NCBI GenBank assembly: GCA_944358405.1
Contig: CALVQX010000036.1
Span: 1 to 61,018, forward strand
Source: an uncultured Bacilli bacterium
GTDB taxonomy: Bacteria > Bacillota_I > Bacilli_A > RF39 > UBA660
Reading direction: 5' to 3'
Length of the DNA stretch: 61,018 nucleotides
Below are positions 8,115-17,908 of this stretch, in pieces (the stretch's first letter is position 1; each line of letters opens with the position of its first letter). Below the pieces are notes generated by a model, which was not told the origin of the DNA, ran no database searches, and saw nothing but the letters and a program-made list of their open reading frames with translations. Made by a program: the position numbers and the translations under genes.

Positions 8115-9677
8115 ATGGATTTTTTTAAGTATTGCTTAGACAATTGGAATCAAATTATCTCTTTAAGTATAGAGCATATTAAATTAACTGCTCTAGCTTT
8201 GGGAATTGCTATCTTAATTGGAATTCCCATTGGAATTATTATTAGTTATATTAAAAAGTTAAACAAACCAGTCTTAGGATTAACAAGTGTAGTTCAAGCA
8301 ATCCCTAGTATGGCTATTTTAGGTTTTGCCATTCCATTTTTAGGAATTGGAACCTTGCCTGCGGTGGTAGTAGTTGTGTTATACTCATTATTGCCAATTA
8401 TTAAAAATACCTTTACTGGAATTAATAACATTCCCGAAAGTATGATAGAATCAGCCAAAGGAATAGGATTAACCAAATTTCAAATTTTAACAAAAATTCA
8501 AATTCCACAAGCCCTACCAGTAATTATGGCTGGAATTAGAATCTCCTCAGTAAGTGCAGTAGGATTAATGACGATGGCTACTCTAATTGGAGGAGGAGGA
8601 TTAGGTTATTTAATTTACTCTGGAATTAGAACAGTCAATAATAATCAAATTTTAGCTGGAGCAATTCCTGCTTGTATCTTAGCCTTAGTAGTAGACTACT
8701 TCTTCAGTAGTATTGAAAAGTTAGTAACTCCAATTAGTTTGCAAGGATCTAATGAAAGTAGAGAAAAAATCAAAAAGAGTCGTCGTAAAAGTAAGATAGT
8801 CATTATTTTAATTTTAATATTCATTGGGATCATTTTTATTAGTGGACTGGACTTCTCTAAAAAAGAAACCAATATCATTAAAGTAGGGAGTAAAGACTTT
8901 ACAGAACAAAATATTTTATGTTATATAATGAGTCATACAATTACAGAAAAGACCGATTTAACTGTCGAAGAACATTGTAATTTAGGAGGAGCACAAGTAG
9001 TATTTAATGCTTTAGAAAATGACAATATAGATCTATACATTGATTATGAAGGAACCCTTTACTCAGACATCTTAGATCATAAACCAATAAGCGATGTGGA
9101 CAAAGTTTATCAAACGATAGAAAAAGAAATGAAAGAAAAGTATCAAATGGTAGTTCTAGAACCTATGGCTTTTAATAATACTTATGCTCTTGCCGTAACA
9201 AAAGAAACAGCAAAAAAATATAATCTAGCAACTATCAGCGACCTATCTTTCATATCCAATCAACTAATCATTGCTCCAACATTAGAATTCATGAATAGAG
9301 AAGATGGCTTACCAGGATTAAATAGAGAATATCAATTATCATTTAAAGATGTCATTGGTATCGATGGAAGCCCTAGATATACTGCTTTATTAAATGGAAA
9401 TGCTCAAGTGGTAGATGCTTTTACTACGGATGGTTTATTAAAAAAGTTTGATTTAGTAATATTAGAAGATGATAAAAATTTCTTTCCACCATATTATGCC
9501 ATCCCACTAATGAAAGAAAAGACGAAAGAAAAGTATCCAGAATTAGAAGAAGTATTAAACGAATTAGGTCCATATCTAACAGATGATGTAATGCAAGAAT
9601 TAAATTATCAAGTAGACGAATTAGGAAAAAATCCAGAACAAGTAGCAATCTCATTTTTAGAACAATTAGCATCCTAA
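8115..9677 (+). CDS. fused ABC permease plus substrate-binding protein for compatible solutes (OpuABC/BusAB-type architecture)
   Basis: 520 aa. The N-terminal half is a BPD-type permease with about 6 TM helices. An extra TM helix is followed by a C-terminal periplasmic-binding-like domain (NIDLYIDYEGT...AFTTDGLL). The ATG sits directly after the stop codon of the ATPase gene. Confidence 0.8.
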   Translation: MDFFKYCLDNWNQIISLSIEHIKLTALALGIAILIGIPIGIIISYIKKLNKPVLGLTSVVQAIPSMAILGFAIPFLGIGTLPAVVVVVLYSLLPIIKNTFTGINNIPESMIESAKGIGLTKFQILTKIQIPQALPVIMAGIRISSVSAVGLMTMATLIGGGGLGYLIYSGIRTVNNNQILAGAIPACILALVVDYFFSSIEKLVTPISLQGSNESREKIKKSRRKSKIVIILILIFIGIIFISGLDFSKKETNIIKVGSKDFTEQNILCYIMSHTITEKTDLTVEEHCNLGGAQVVFNALENDNIDLYIDYEGTLYSDILDHKPISDVDKVYQTIEKEMKEKYQMVVLEPMAFNNTYALAVTKETAKKYNLATISDLSFISNQLIIAPTLEFMNREDGLPGLNREYQLSFKDVIGIDGSPRYTALLNGNAQVVDAFTTDGLLKKFDLVILEDDKNFFPPYYAIPLMKEKTKEKYPELEEVLNELGPYLTDDVMQELNYQVDELGKNPEQVAISFLEQLAS

Positions 9678-9696
9678 ATCATAAGGAGAAAAGATC

Positions 9697-10959
9697 ATGA
9701 AGGAAAAAATGAAAGAAAATATCAATCTCATCATAAAGATATTTATTATACTACAACCAATATTAGATTTTACTACAGGAATTTGCTTGCACACATTCCA
9801 TCTAAATATAACAATAGGAATGATTGTTAGAGTCTTATTTTTAGTATGGATGATGTATCTTACTGTATTTATCTATCAAAAAAAAACGATTCTAAAATAT
9901 TATGGAGTAGTGTTTCTATACTCCATTCTTTATTTAGTAGGAGTTATTATCTATCAAGATAAAACATTGATATTTCAAGAAGTTCAAGGACTAATTAGAG
10001 TATTTTATTTTCCATTATTATTACTTTCTTTTTATATGCTAAAAGAAGAAATAAAAGTAGAAAAAAAGACCGTCCAAACCACTCTAGTTTTATATCTAGT
10101 CTTGATCTTTATCCCCTTACTACTAGGAATTGGAAATAAAAGCTATGAAATTACCAAAGCTGGTACCTTAGGATTTTTTAACTCTGCTAACGAAATTAGT
10201 GGTATTATCTCTATACTAACTCCATTGCTACTATTAGAATGGATAGAACAAAAACATATAATAAAAAAAGGAATTCTAATTTTAATTTATTTGACTGTGA
10301 TTTTAACAATTGGTACCAAGACACCTCTATTATCTCTAGGAATTACTACGTTAGCCATTTTTCTTTTTCTAATCATCAAATGGATACGACAAAAAAAATA
10401 TCAACCTATCATCATATTAATGATGATCTTAATAGGGTGTAGCACCATATTAGTTATAGTAATTCCTACGACAAACTTTTATAAAAATATAAAAACACAT
10501 CTAGACTTTTTAGGAGTAGAAAACATTACAGAAGTATTTCAAGAAAAAGAATTAATAGATCACTTTATTTTTAGTCAACGTCTAACCTTCTGGGAAGACA
10601 AAAAAGAGATCTATGGGAAGGCTCCTATTTATCAAAAATTAGTAGGAATTGGTTACCATGAGAATAAAGAAGAGATCAAAATGATCGAGATGGACTACAT
10701 TGATATCTATTATAGTCATGGGATCTTAGGCTTTATCTTGTTCTTTGCTTGCTATTTTGTCATATTATTTAAAGTCCCAAAAAAGAAAAGTCCGATGACC
10801 ATAGAAAAATATAGTTATCTAATTAGTATTTTTCTAATTTTAATACTATCCTTCTTTACAGGCCATATTATTACTGCACCAGCAGTTAGTATTTTTGTAG
10901 TAGTTATCATTCTACTATTAGAAAATCAAAAAAACAAAAAAAAGAAGATAATTACATAA
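9697..10959 (+). CDS. O-antigen ligase/polymerase-like polytopic membrane protein (Wzy_C-type)
   Basis: 420 aa with more than 10 TM helices and a larger loop region (FNSANEISGIISIL...GTKTPLLSL). RBS AAGGAGAA. The assignment rests on topology and motif resemblance only. Confidence 0.6.
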   Translation: MKEKMKENINLIIKIFIILQPILDFTTGICLHTFHLNITIGMIVRVLFLVWMMYLTVFIYQKKTILKYYGVVFLYSILYLVGVIIYQDKTLIFQEVQGLIRVFYFPLLLLSFYMLKEEIKVEKKTVQTTLVLYLVLIFIPLLLGIGNKSYEITKAGTLGFFNSANEISGIISILTPLLLLEWIEQKHIIKKGILILIYLTVILTIGTKTPLLSLGITTLAIFLFLIIKWIRQKKYQPIIILMMILIGCSTILVIVIPTTNFYKNIKTHLDFLGVENITEVFQEKELIDHFIFSQRLTFWEDKKEIYGKAPIYQKLVGIGYHENKEEIKMIEMDYIDIYYSHGILGFILFFACYFVILFKVPKKKSPMTIEKYSYLISIFLILILSFFTGHIITAPAVSIFVVVIILLLENQKNKKKKIIT

Positions 10960-10966
10960 AAAGGAT

Positions 10967-11032
10967 AAACTAGGGATATATGAAAAATAAGAGTTTTGAT
11001 ATTCTTAAAATCATGATATACCTAGTTTTTTT
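10967..11032 (+). terminator. long-loop hairpin plus T-run after the O-antigen-ligase-like gene
   Basis: AAACTAGGGATAT at 10967-10979 pairs with ATATACCTAGTTT at 11016-11028 with one mismatch. TTTT follows. The loop of about 35 nt is unusually large. Confidence 0.4.
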
Positions 11033-11424
11033 GCAATGTCTTTCTTTATTCCATTAGCAATGATAAATAATCTTCTAGTAGATTTTTCATTCTATCAGGT
11101 ACATATTCATTGCATGTATAATAGAACCAACTAAAAATATTGTAGATTTAGTACACTATAAACAATAATGTTATTAACTTAAATTCTAAGTTATATAATA
11201 AAAATGATATAGGCCTTGATATACTGTAAAATAAGTTATTCTGTTTCGTTCCTAATATAAAACCATATATTAAAAAATGACTTATTTAATTAGATAAGCA
11301 TTCCTAGTTATTTGAAATCTAGCAACAAATCTTACGATGCTAGAGAAATAGACGATTTTGATTTCATATGATAGTAAAGTAAAAAAAGTTGAGTTATAAT
11401 AATTACATAAAGGAAGGTACAAGA

Positions 11425-13218
11425 ATGAATATAGAAGATTATTTTGAGTCAGATGAATTTTTTGATGCATTAAGTCCGGTTGCAAAATATTTTGAGATGG
11501 ACGATTCAAAAGATGGCTTACGATTAGTAGAATACTTTATCAATATCGCCATAAATTATGCAAGGTTATTTAGAAATAATGAAAGCTTTTCAACGATTGG
11601 GCTGTCCAATTTTATAAAAAAAGCGGCAAATAAAATAGCAAGTATGGATATTAATATGATAATAAGTATATCTAGTAATTATGAATTAAACAACTATGTT
11701 TCTAAATTGTATATTGATGAATTATTGTCAAAATTAGATTTGAACAGAGAAAGCCTTAAAGATGAAAATTATAAAAAAAGTTTATGCGCTTACATTATTC
11801 GAAATCTAAAAGGAAAAGATTATAAATATCACGCTTTTAACTCAGTGTTTTTGGATAGTATTTTAGCTAATGGTATAAATCCAAGTGTCAACTTTACGCC
11901 ACAACATGAAATTAATATTATTAATGATATTTTTGAAAAAAGTGGAATTAGTATGGTATTTGGTTGGCAAAAATTGAACTGTGATAGTAAAGTTTCATAT
12001 TCAATGACTCCATCCGTTTCATATTATTATGGTACAAATTCACCTGAATGGTTTGCTCAATTTACAGGACAGGGGTTCCCATTTAATCCATCTGACAAAT
12101 ATAGAAAAGATGCTTATGTTCAAGGAAATTATGATTCAGCAAAGAATAATTTATTAACTTTAATGAAAGAACACAATTTTTCAAGTAGTGATCAAGAATG
12201 TGTCATTTCTTTTTTTGAAAAAAATTGGAATATTTATGCAAATAAAAATCCTATATTAGCTATTATACCAGATATACAAGAAGACGATTCAGAATATTGG
12301 ATGAATACTTTATTAAATGATCCATATTATAAAGATAATATCGAAAAGATAATGAGTTTTTGCTTATCTGAGAATAGAGTTGATTGTCAGTCTACAGAAA
12401 AAATTGATGTTTCAAAGGCAATGTTTATCAAAATGCCTAGGTATGATGAAGTAGTAAGAAAATTATCTTCTAAAAAAACAGAAGTTGTTCAAAATGAAAG
12501 TGTTAAGAATCAAGAAGAATTATTATATGAAAAATTAATGACTTTGGCTAACGCAAAAATAAAAGTTAAAATTGGTACTACTGGACAAGATGGTTGGGCT
12601 AGTGCTCATGGAGAAGAAGAGCTGTTAAGAGTGAAAAAACTGTTAAAAGATAACGATGTCTTTCAAGCAATAGTAAAAAATAAATTTGGAGAACAATTAC
12701 CTCTAGATGGATGGATAAGAAATTTTGACAGAAAAATAATTGATAATCCTGAAAATATTAAGTTATTAGCGGCTAATAAACCTTTCTACTTTGGGTGTGT
12801 ATCTGAAGAAAGTCGAAACAATATAAAACTAATGAGAGAATGTGCATGCCAAAAAGGAATTCATCCAATTTTGACCTGTTATGTAGGGAAAAAAGTTCAA
12901 AATGATTTTCAATTTATTTCCAACTTGATTATGAATTCTGATGAAAATACATTTGATTTTCATAAAAAGAGTTTTCAAAGTATTGACGGTAGTAATATGC
13001 GTTATGGAGAATCAATTGGGATTAATATTCGTTCTAATCCAATGTTTTGGCAACTATTAAATGCTAAAATTATTAGTATAAATGAAAATACTTCAACACA
13101 GATATTACCGTTTTCAATCGAAAAGGAATTAAATCTAGTCAAAATGAGCAGTGATTTATCAAGAGAAGAAAATCTAAACAGTAATATGGAAGTAGTCACT
13201 GCACCCATGAACAAATAA
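11425..13218 (+). CDS. orphan cytoplasmic protein of unknown function (598 aa from the preferred start)
   Basis: The ORF track gives 11389-13218. I prefer the ATG at 11425 because AAAGGAAGG lies 8 nt upstream. There is no signal peptide or TM helix. It is flanked by 465 nt and 355 nt of non-coding AT-rich DNA and has its own terminator. It contains YKYHAFNSVFLDSILANGINP (see findings). Confidence 0.75.
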   Translation: MNIEDYFESDEFFDALSPVAKYFEMDDSKDGLRLVEYFINIAINYARLFRNNESFSTIGLSNFIKKAANKIASMDINMIISISSNYELNNYVSKLYIDELLSKLDLNRESLKDENYKKSLCAYIIRNLKGKDYKYHAFNSVFLDSILANGINPSVNFTPQHEINIINDIFEKSGISMVFGWQKLNCDSKVSYSMTPSVSYYYGTNSPEWFAQFTGQGFPFNPSDKYRKDAYVQGNYDSAKNNLLTLMKEHNFSSSDQECVISFFEKNWNIYANKNPILAIIPDIQEDDSEYWMNTLLNDPYYKDNIEKIMSFCLSENRVDCQSTEKIDVSKAMFIKMPRYDEVVRKLSSKKTEVVQNESVKNQEELLYEKLMTLANAKIKVKIGTTGQDGWASAHGEEELLRVKKLLKDNDVFQAIVKNKFGEQLPLDGWIRNFDRKIIDNPENIKLLAANKPFYFGCVSEESRNNIKLMRECACQKGIHPILTCYVGKKVQNDFQFISNLIMNSDENTFDFHKKSFQSIDGSNMRYGESIGINIRSNPMFWQLLNAKIISINENTSTQILPFSIEKELNLVKMSSDLSREENLNSNMEVVTAPMNK

Positions 13219-13243
13219 TAAAAAAATAAGTCAAATGATATTT

Positions 13244-13288
13244 AAGCAACATATTACAAAAGTTCATAATGTAAATTGTTGCTTTTTT
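13244..13288 (+). terminator. rho-independent terminator of the orphan ORF
   Basis: AAGCAACATATTACA pairs with TGTAAATTGTTGCT (12 of 14 positions paired), followed by TTTTTT at 13283-13288. Confidence 0.6.
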
Positions 13289-13576
13289 ATTTTATTGACA
13301 TTTCATAAAAAAGCAACAACTTAGATATTTTGCAAAGGGATAAATGAAAGATTTATCATGATGTACTAAGGATGGGAATAGTCAATATAGTTCTACCACT
13401 AAACTGTTTTATTTTTAAAGCAAAAAAGATATTGAAAATTGAATAAAACTTACCCATGAAAACCAAAACAATTGACCGCAACAAAGCTATATTCACCATG
13501 GAAAAATAAGGACGAGGTCTCCTAATAAAAGAAGAGAAGCTTGTTTTAGAAAAAATTTTAGTTTATAATAAAATTG

Positions 13577-14452
13577 ATGAAAGTGAGAAAAGCTATGAAA
13601 CGAAAAATAGGAATGGTTATCGTAAACTACAATGATTTTAAAACAACATCAAAGTTACTAGAGAATATTAAAGAATATTCTTGCCTAAATAAAATTGTAG
13701 TAGTAGATAACTTTTCTACAGATAATTCTGTAGAAGAATTAAAAAAATTCGAAAATAGTCGTATCACTATAATTAAAAATAGGAAAAACAATGGCTATGC
13801 ATCAGGGTTAAATACAGGGTGTAAATACCTAATAAAAGAATTAGGAACATGTAACATTATCTTTTCAAATTCCGATATCATCATTAAAGATGAAAAAGAT
13901 ATTATAAAGCTTTCATCAGATCTTGGAAAAGAAATAAGTGTGGTTGGACCTGTGATTTATGAACATGGCAATTACAATAAAGGATGGAAACAAACAACTA
14001 AAACAATGGAAATTTTGTTTAATTTGCCATGGATCAGTCGTTATTTTAAGAAAAAACTACTTTATTATGATGAAAACCATTATCGAGGAAAAACTTCTAA
14101 AGTAGATGTAGTCTCTGGTTGTTTCTTTATGACGACGAGTGAGATACTAAAAGAAGTAAACTACTTTGATGAGGAGACTTTTCTTTATTATGAAGAATTA
14201 ATTTTTGCCAAAAAAGTAAAAGAAAAGAAAAAACAAACAATCATTGATAATGAAGTAGAAATCATCCATGATCATTCCGTAACGATTGATAAAAATGTCA
14301 CAAAAATCAAAAAATATCGGATATTAAAATCCAGTCAAAGATACTATGTAAAAAAGTATCTAAAAGCAAATTCATTTCAAATGGCACTATTATATTTAAC
14401 AAAGCAACTATCCTTAGGGATATTATATATAAGGTGCCTATTTAGGAGGTAG
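13577..14452 (+). CDS. family 2 glycosyltransferase (rhamnosyltransferase-like)
   Basis: The motifs IGMVIVNYND...VVDNFSTDNS...GYASGLN and a later SGCFFM are typical of GT2. The start is uncertain among TTG 13574, ATG 13577 and ATG 13595. Confidence 0.75.
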   Translation: MKVRKAMKRKIGMVIVNYNDFKTTSKLLENIKEYSCLNKIVVVDNFSTDNSVEELKKFENSRITIIKNRKNNGYASGLNTGCKYLIKELGTCNIIFSNSDIIIKDEKDIIKLSSDLGKEISVVGPVIYEHGNYNKGWKQTTKTMEILFNLPWISRYFKKKLLYYDENHYRGKTSKVDVVSGCFFMTTSEILKEVNYFDEETFLYYEELIFAKKVKEKKKQTIIDNEVEIIHDHSVTIDKNVTKIKKYRILKSSQRYYVKKYLKANSFQMALLYLTKQLSLGILYIRCLFRR

Positions 14453-14454
14453 CA

Positions 14455-15333
14455 ATGAAAGGAATTATTTTAGCTGGAGGAACTGGAACAAGATTGTTTC
14501 CTATTACAGAAGGAATTAGTAAACAACTAATGCCTGTATATGATAAACCTATGATCTATTATCCTCTAGCAACCCTAATGTTAGCGGGGATCAAAGATAT
14601 TTTAGTTATTACAACAGAAGAAGATCAAAAAGGATTTCAAAAATTATTAAAGGACGGAAAAGATTTTGGAATTCATATTTTTTATACCGTGCAGCCATCT
14701 CCAGATGGTTTAGCACAAGCATTCATTTTAGGAGAGAAATTTATTGGAGACGAGCCTTGTGCAATGGTATTAGGAGATAACATATTTTATGGAAATGGAT
14801 TCAATGAAGTGTTAGAAAATGCAACGATAAATGCCAAGAAAGGAAAAGCAACTATCTTTGGCAATCAAGTAAGAGATCCAGAACGCTTTGGAATTATGGA
14901 ATTAGATGAGAATAATAATGTAATCAGTGTAGAAGAAAAACCAGAACATCCGAAATCTAATTATGCTATTACTGGACTATACTTTTATCCAAAAGGAGTG
15001 GCAGAAAAAGCCAAGAAAATTAAGCCTTCAAAAAGAGGAGAACTAGAAATCACTAGTTTAAATGATTTGTATTTACAAGAAAAGAATTTAAAAGCGGAAA
15101 TACTAGGAGAAGGATTTACTTGGTTTGATACAGGAACTTTTGATAGTCAATTAGATGCGGCTAACATGATAAGAACCATTCAAAATAACAAAGACAAAGT
15201 AATTTGTTGCCCAGAACAAATAGCCTATTATAGAGGATGGATTAGCCAAGAGCAACTAGGAGAAAGAGCAAAAGTATTACAAAAAAATAGCTATGGAAAA
15301 TATTTGCAAAAGTTAATTCAAGATACAAAATAG
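14455..15333 (+). CDS. rfbA: glucose-1-phosphate thymidylyltransferase
   Basis: MKGIILAGGTGTRLFPIT...KQLMPVYDKPMIYYPL...SPDGLAQAF matches the canonical RmlA/RfbA N-terminus. RBS AGGAGG. Confidence 0.95.
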   Translation: MKGIILAGGTGTRLFPITEGISKQLMPVYDKPMIYYPLATLMLAGIKDILVITTEEDQKGFQKLLKDGKDFGIHIFYTVQPSPDGLAQAFILGEKFIGDEPCAMVLGDNIFYGNGFNEVLENATINAKKGKATIFGNQVRDPERFGIMELDENNNVISVEEKPEHPKSNYAITGLYFYPKGVAEKAKKIKPSKRGELEITSLNDLYLQEKNLKAEILGEGFTWFDTGTFDSQLDAANMIRTIQNNKDKVICCPEQIAYYRGWISQEQLGERAKVLQKNSYGKYLQKLIQDTK

Positions 15334-15341
15334 GAGGAACA

Positions 15342-15914
15342 ATGAAAAAAATAGAAACTGAATTATTAGATTGTTATATTATAGAGCCAAATAGGTTTGG
15401 AGATGATAGAGGATATTTTTCTCCATATTTTATACAAAAAGATTTTGATGAATTAGGATTTGAAAGAGTAGTACAAGCAAATAGAAGTAAAAGTAGTAAA
15501 GGAGTAGTAAGAGGACTTCATTTTCAAAAAGATCCTAAATGTCAAGCAAAAATAGTAGAAGTAATTCAAGGTGCCGCTATTGATGTGGTAGTAGATATTA
15601 GAGAGGATTCTGATACTTATGGAAAGTGGACTAGTGTGTTATTAACACCAGAAAATAATAAACAATTATTTGTGCCACGCGGTTTTGCTCATGGATTTGT
15701 AAGTTTAGAAGACAATACTGTTTTCCATTATTTAATAGACAATGACTATGCACCGGAGTTAGAAGATGGGATCCTTTGGAATGACCCAGCAATCGGTATT
15801 AACTGGGATGAAATTTTTCAAGAATATCATATAGAAAAGCCAATTTTATCTGAAAAAGATAAAGATAGACCAACATTAGAAAAGTGTAAGACAAGATTTA
15901 GGAGAAATAAATGA
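15342..15914 (+). CDS. rfbC: dTDP-4-dehydrorhamnose 3,5-epimerase
   Basis: FGDDRGYF...RGLHFQ...QAKIVEVIQGAAIDVVVDIR...PRGFAHGF is the RmlC signature. Confidence 0.95.
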   Translation: MKKIETELLDCYIIEPNRFGDDRGYFSPYFIQKDFDELGFERVVQANRSKSSKGVVRGLHFQKDPKCQAKIVEVIQGAAIDVVVDIREDSDTYGKWTSVLLTPENNKQLFVPRGFAHGFVSLEDNTVFHYLIDNDYAPELEDGILWNDPAIGINWDEIFQEYHIEKPILSEKDKDRPTLEKCKTRFRRNK

Positions 15915-16774
15915 AATATTTAATTACGGGTGTAAAAGGTCAATTAGGGTATGATATTACTAGAGAATTAGAAAAAAGAGGCGAGACTGATTATTTAGCA
16001 TTAGATGTCGATGGTATGGATATTACAGATAATAAAAAGGTAATGGAAGTAATTACTAATTATTGCCCAGATGTAATATTTCATTGTGCTGCGTGGACTG
16101 CCGTAGATAAAGCAGAAGATAGAAAAGAGGATTGCTATAAGGTAAATGTGTTAGGCACCAAAAATATAACAGAGGCAGCAATAAAAGTCGATGCGAAATT
16201 AATTTATCTATCAACTGATTATGTGTTTGATGGAACAAAAGAAGGTATCTATACAGAAGAAGATAAAGCAAATCCAAAAAGTGTTTATGGTAAAACTAAA
16301 TATTTAGGGGAAGAGGAAGTGCGAAAAAATAAAAAACACTTCATCGCAAGAATTTCCTGGGTATTTGGAATCAACGGAAATAACTTCATCAAAACGATGC
16401 TAAAATTATCAGAAAATCATGATACTGTAAATGTAGTAGATGATCAAATAGGTTCCCCTACATATACAGTAGACTTAGCTAAACTACTAGTAGATATGTC
16501 ACAAACAGAAAAATATGGAACATATCACATAACAAATGAAGGATTTTGTAGTTGGGCTGAATTAGCAGAAGAAATCTTTAAAATCAATGAAAAAAACGTA
16601 AAAGTAAATAGGGTATCCACAGAAAAATATTTAGAATTAACAAAAACAAAACAAGCATATCGCCCTAAAAATTCTAAATTAAGCAAAGAAAAATTAGTAG
16701 AAAATGGCTTTGATCCATTACCAACATGGCAAGATGCTCTAATAAGATATAGGAAAGAACTAAATAAAAAATGA
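15911..16774 (+). CDS. rfbD: dTDP-4-dehydrorhamnose reductase
   Basis: ITGVKGQLG...HCAAWTAVDKAE...STDYVFDG...YGKTKYLGE are RmlD motifs. An ATGA overlap links it to rfbC. Confidence 0.95.
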   Translation: MKYLITGVKGQLGYDITRELEKRGETDYLALDVDGMDITDNKKVMEVITNYCPDVIFHCAAWTAVDKAEDRKEDCYKVNVLGTKNITEAAIKVDAKLIYLSTDYVFDGTKEGIYTEEDKANPKSVYGKTKYLGEEEVRKNKKHFIARISWVFGINGNNFIKTMLKLSENHDTVNVVDDQIGSPTYTVDLAKLLVDMSQTEKYGTYHITNEGFCSWAELAEEIFKINEKNVKVNRVSTEKYLELTKTKQAYRPKNSKLSKEKLVENGFDPLPTWQDALIRYRKELNKK

Positions 16775-16782
16775 GGTGAAAA

Positions 16783-17787
16783 ATGAAAATTTTAATTACA
16801 GGAGGAGCAGGATTTATCGGTAGTAATTATCTTCATTATGTAGTAGATAAATATAAAGAAGATACTTTCGTTTGTTTAGATGCTCTAACCTATGCTGGAA
16901 ATTATAATAATATAAAAATGTTAGAAGGAAAAGAAAACTATAAATTCATTCATGGAGATATCACAGACAGATCCTTGATCTATCAATTGTTTGAAGAAGA
17001 AAAATTTGATATAGTAATCAACTTTGCAGCAGAATCTCACGTAGATAACTCTATTAAAAATCCGGAAATCTTTTTAACAACCAATATTATTGGAACAGAA
17101 GTACTAATGGATGCTTGCCTAAAATATGGAATTAAAAGATATCATCAAGTATCCACAGATGAAGTGTATGGGGACCTACCGCTGGATAGGAAAGATTTGC
17201 TATTTACAGAAAACACTCCGATTCATACCTCTAGTCCATACTCTACTAGTAAAGCAAGTGCCGATTTACTTGTCATGGCTTATTATAGAACTTATGGATT
17301 GCCAGTAACGATCAGTCGTTGTTCTAACAATTATGGCCCATATCAATTCCCAGAAAAACTAATTCCCGTAGTCATATCCAAAGCATTAAAAAATGAAAAA
17401 GTACCAGTTTATGGTACTGGGGAAAATGTAAGAGACTGGATCCATGTTCATGATCATAATGTTGGAGTAGACTTAATTGTAAGAGAAGGCAAAGTAGGAG
17501 AGGTATATAATCTAGGAGGACATTCTGAGAGGAATAATTTAACTGTTGTAAAAACAATATTAAAACAACTTGGAAAAAAAGAAGACTTAATCGAATTTGT
17601 TGCTGATAGAAAAGGACATGACTTAAGGTATGCAATTGATTCTACAAAAGTGGAAAAAGAATTAGGATGGAAAAGAACGTATACTTTTGAGAATGGAATG
17701 AAAGAAACCATTGATTGGTATGTAAACCACCAAGATTGGATAGAAGATATTTTATCAGGAAAGTACCAAAGCTCTTACAAAAAATAA
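16783..17787 (+). CDS. rfbB: dTDP-glucose 4,6-dehydratase
   Basis: ITGGAGFIGSN...AAESHVDNSI...STDEVYG...YSTSKASADLL are RmlB SDR motifs. Confidence 0.95.
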   Translation: MKILITGGAGFIGSNYLHYVVDKYKEDTFVCLDALTYAGNYNNIKMLEGKENYKFIHGDITDRSLIYQLFEEEKFDIVINFAAESHVDNSIKNPEIFLTTNIIGTEVLMDACLKYGIKRYHQVSTDEVYGDLPLDRKDLLFTENTPIHTSSPYSTSKASADLLVMAYYRTYGLPVTISRCSNNYGPYQFPEKLIPVVISKALKNEKVPVYGTGENVRDWIHVHDHNVGVDLIVREGKVGEVYNLGGHSERNNLTVVKTILKQLGKKEDLIEFVADRKGHDLRYAIDSTKVEKELGWKRTYTFENGMKETIDWYVNHQDWIEDILSGKYQSSYKK

Positions 17788-17828
17788 AAAACAATACATA
17801 TGAAAATACTGCAAAATGAAAAGAATTC

Positions 17829-17837
17829 TGTTACAAT
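17829..17837 (+). promoter_or_regulatory. extended -10 element TGTTACAAT upstream of the 17871/17909 ORFs
   Basis: A TGn-TACAAT element lies in the 120-nt gap after rfbB. No clear -35 element is present. Confidence 0.35.
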
Positions 17838-17908
17838 CATAACAAGAAGGATATGGTGAGATGAGAGTATATGGAAGCAAAGAAAATTAAAAAAATCATT
17901 CCAAGGGC

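Noticed and set aside
11282-11509. 75-aa minus-strand ORF across the start of the orphan gene
   Set aside because: It has no RBS and overlaps the promoter, RBS and start of the much better supported + strand ORF.
13441-13510. 17-codon ORF MKTKTIDRNKAIFTMEK upstream of the first GT as a leader peptide
   Set aside because: It has no RBS, no run of regulatory codons and no obvious coupling to the hairpins at 13244-13319.
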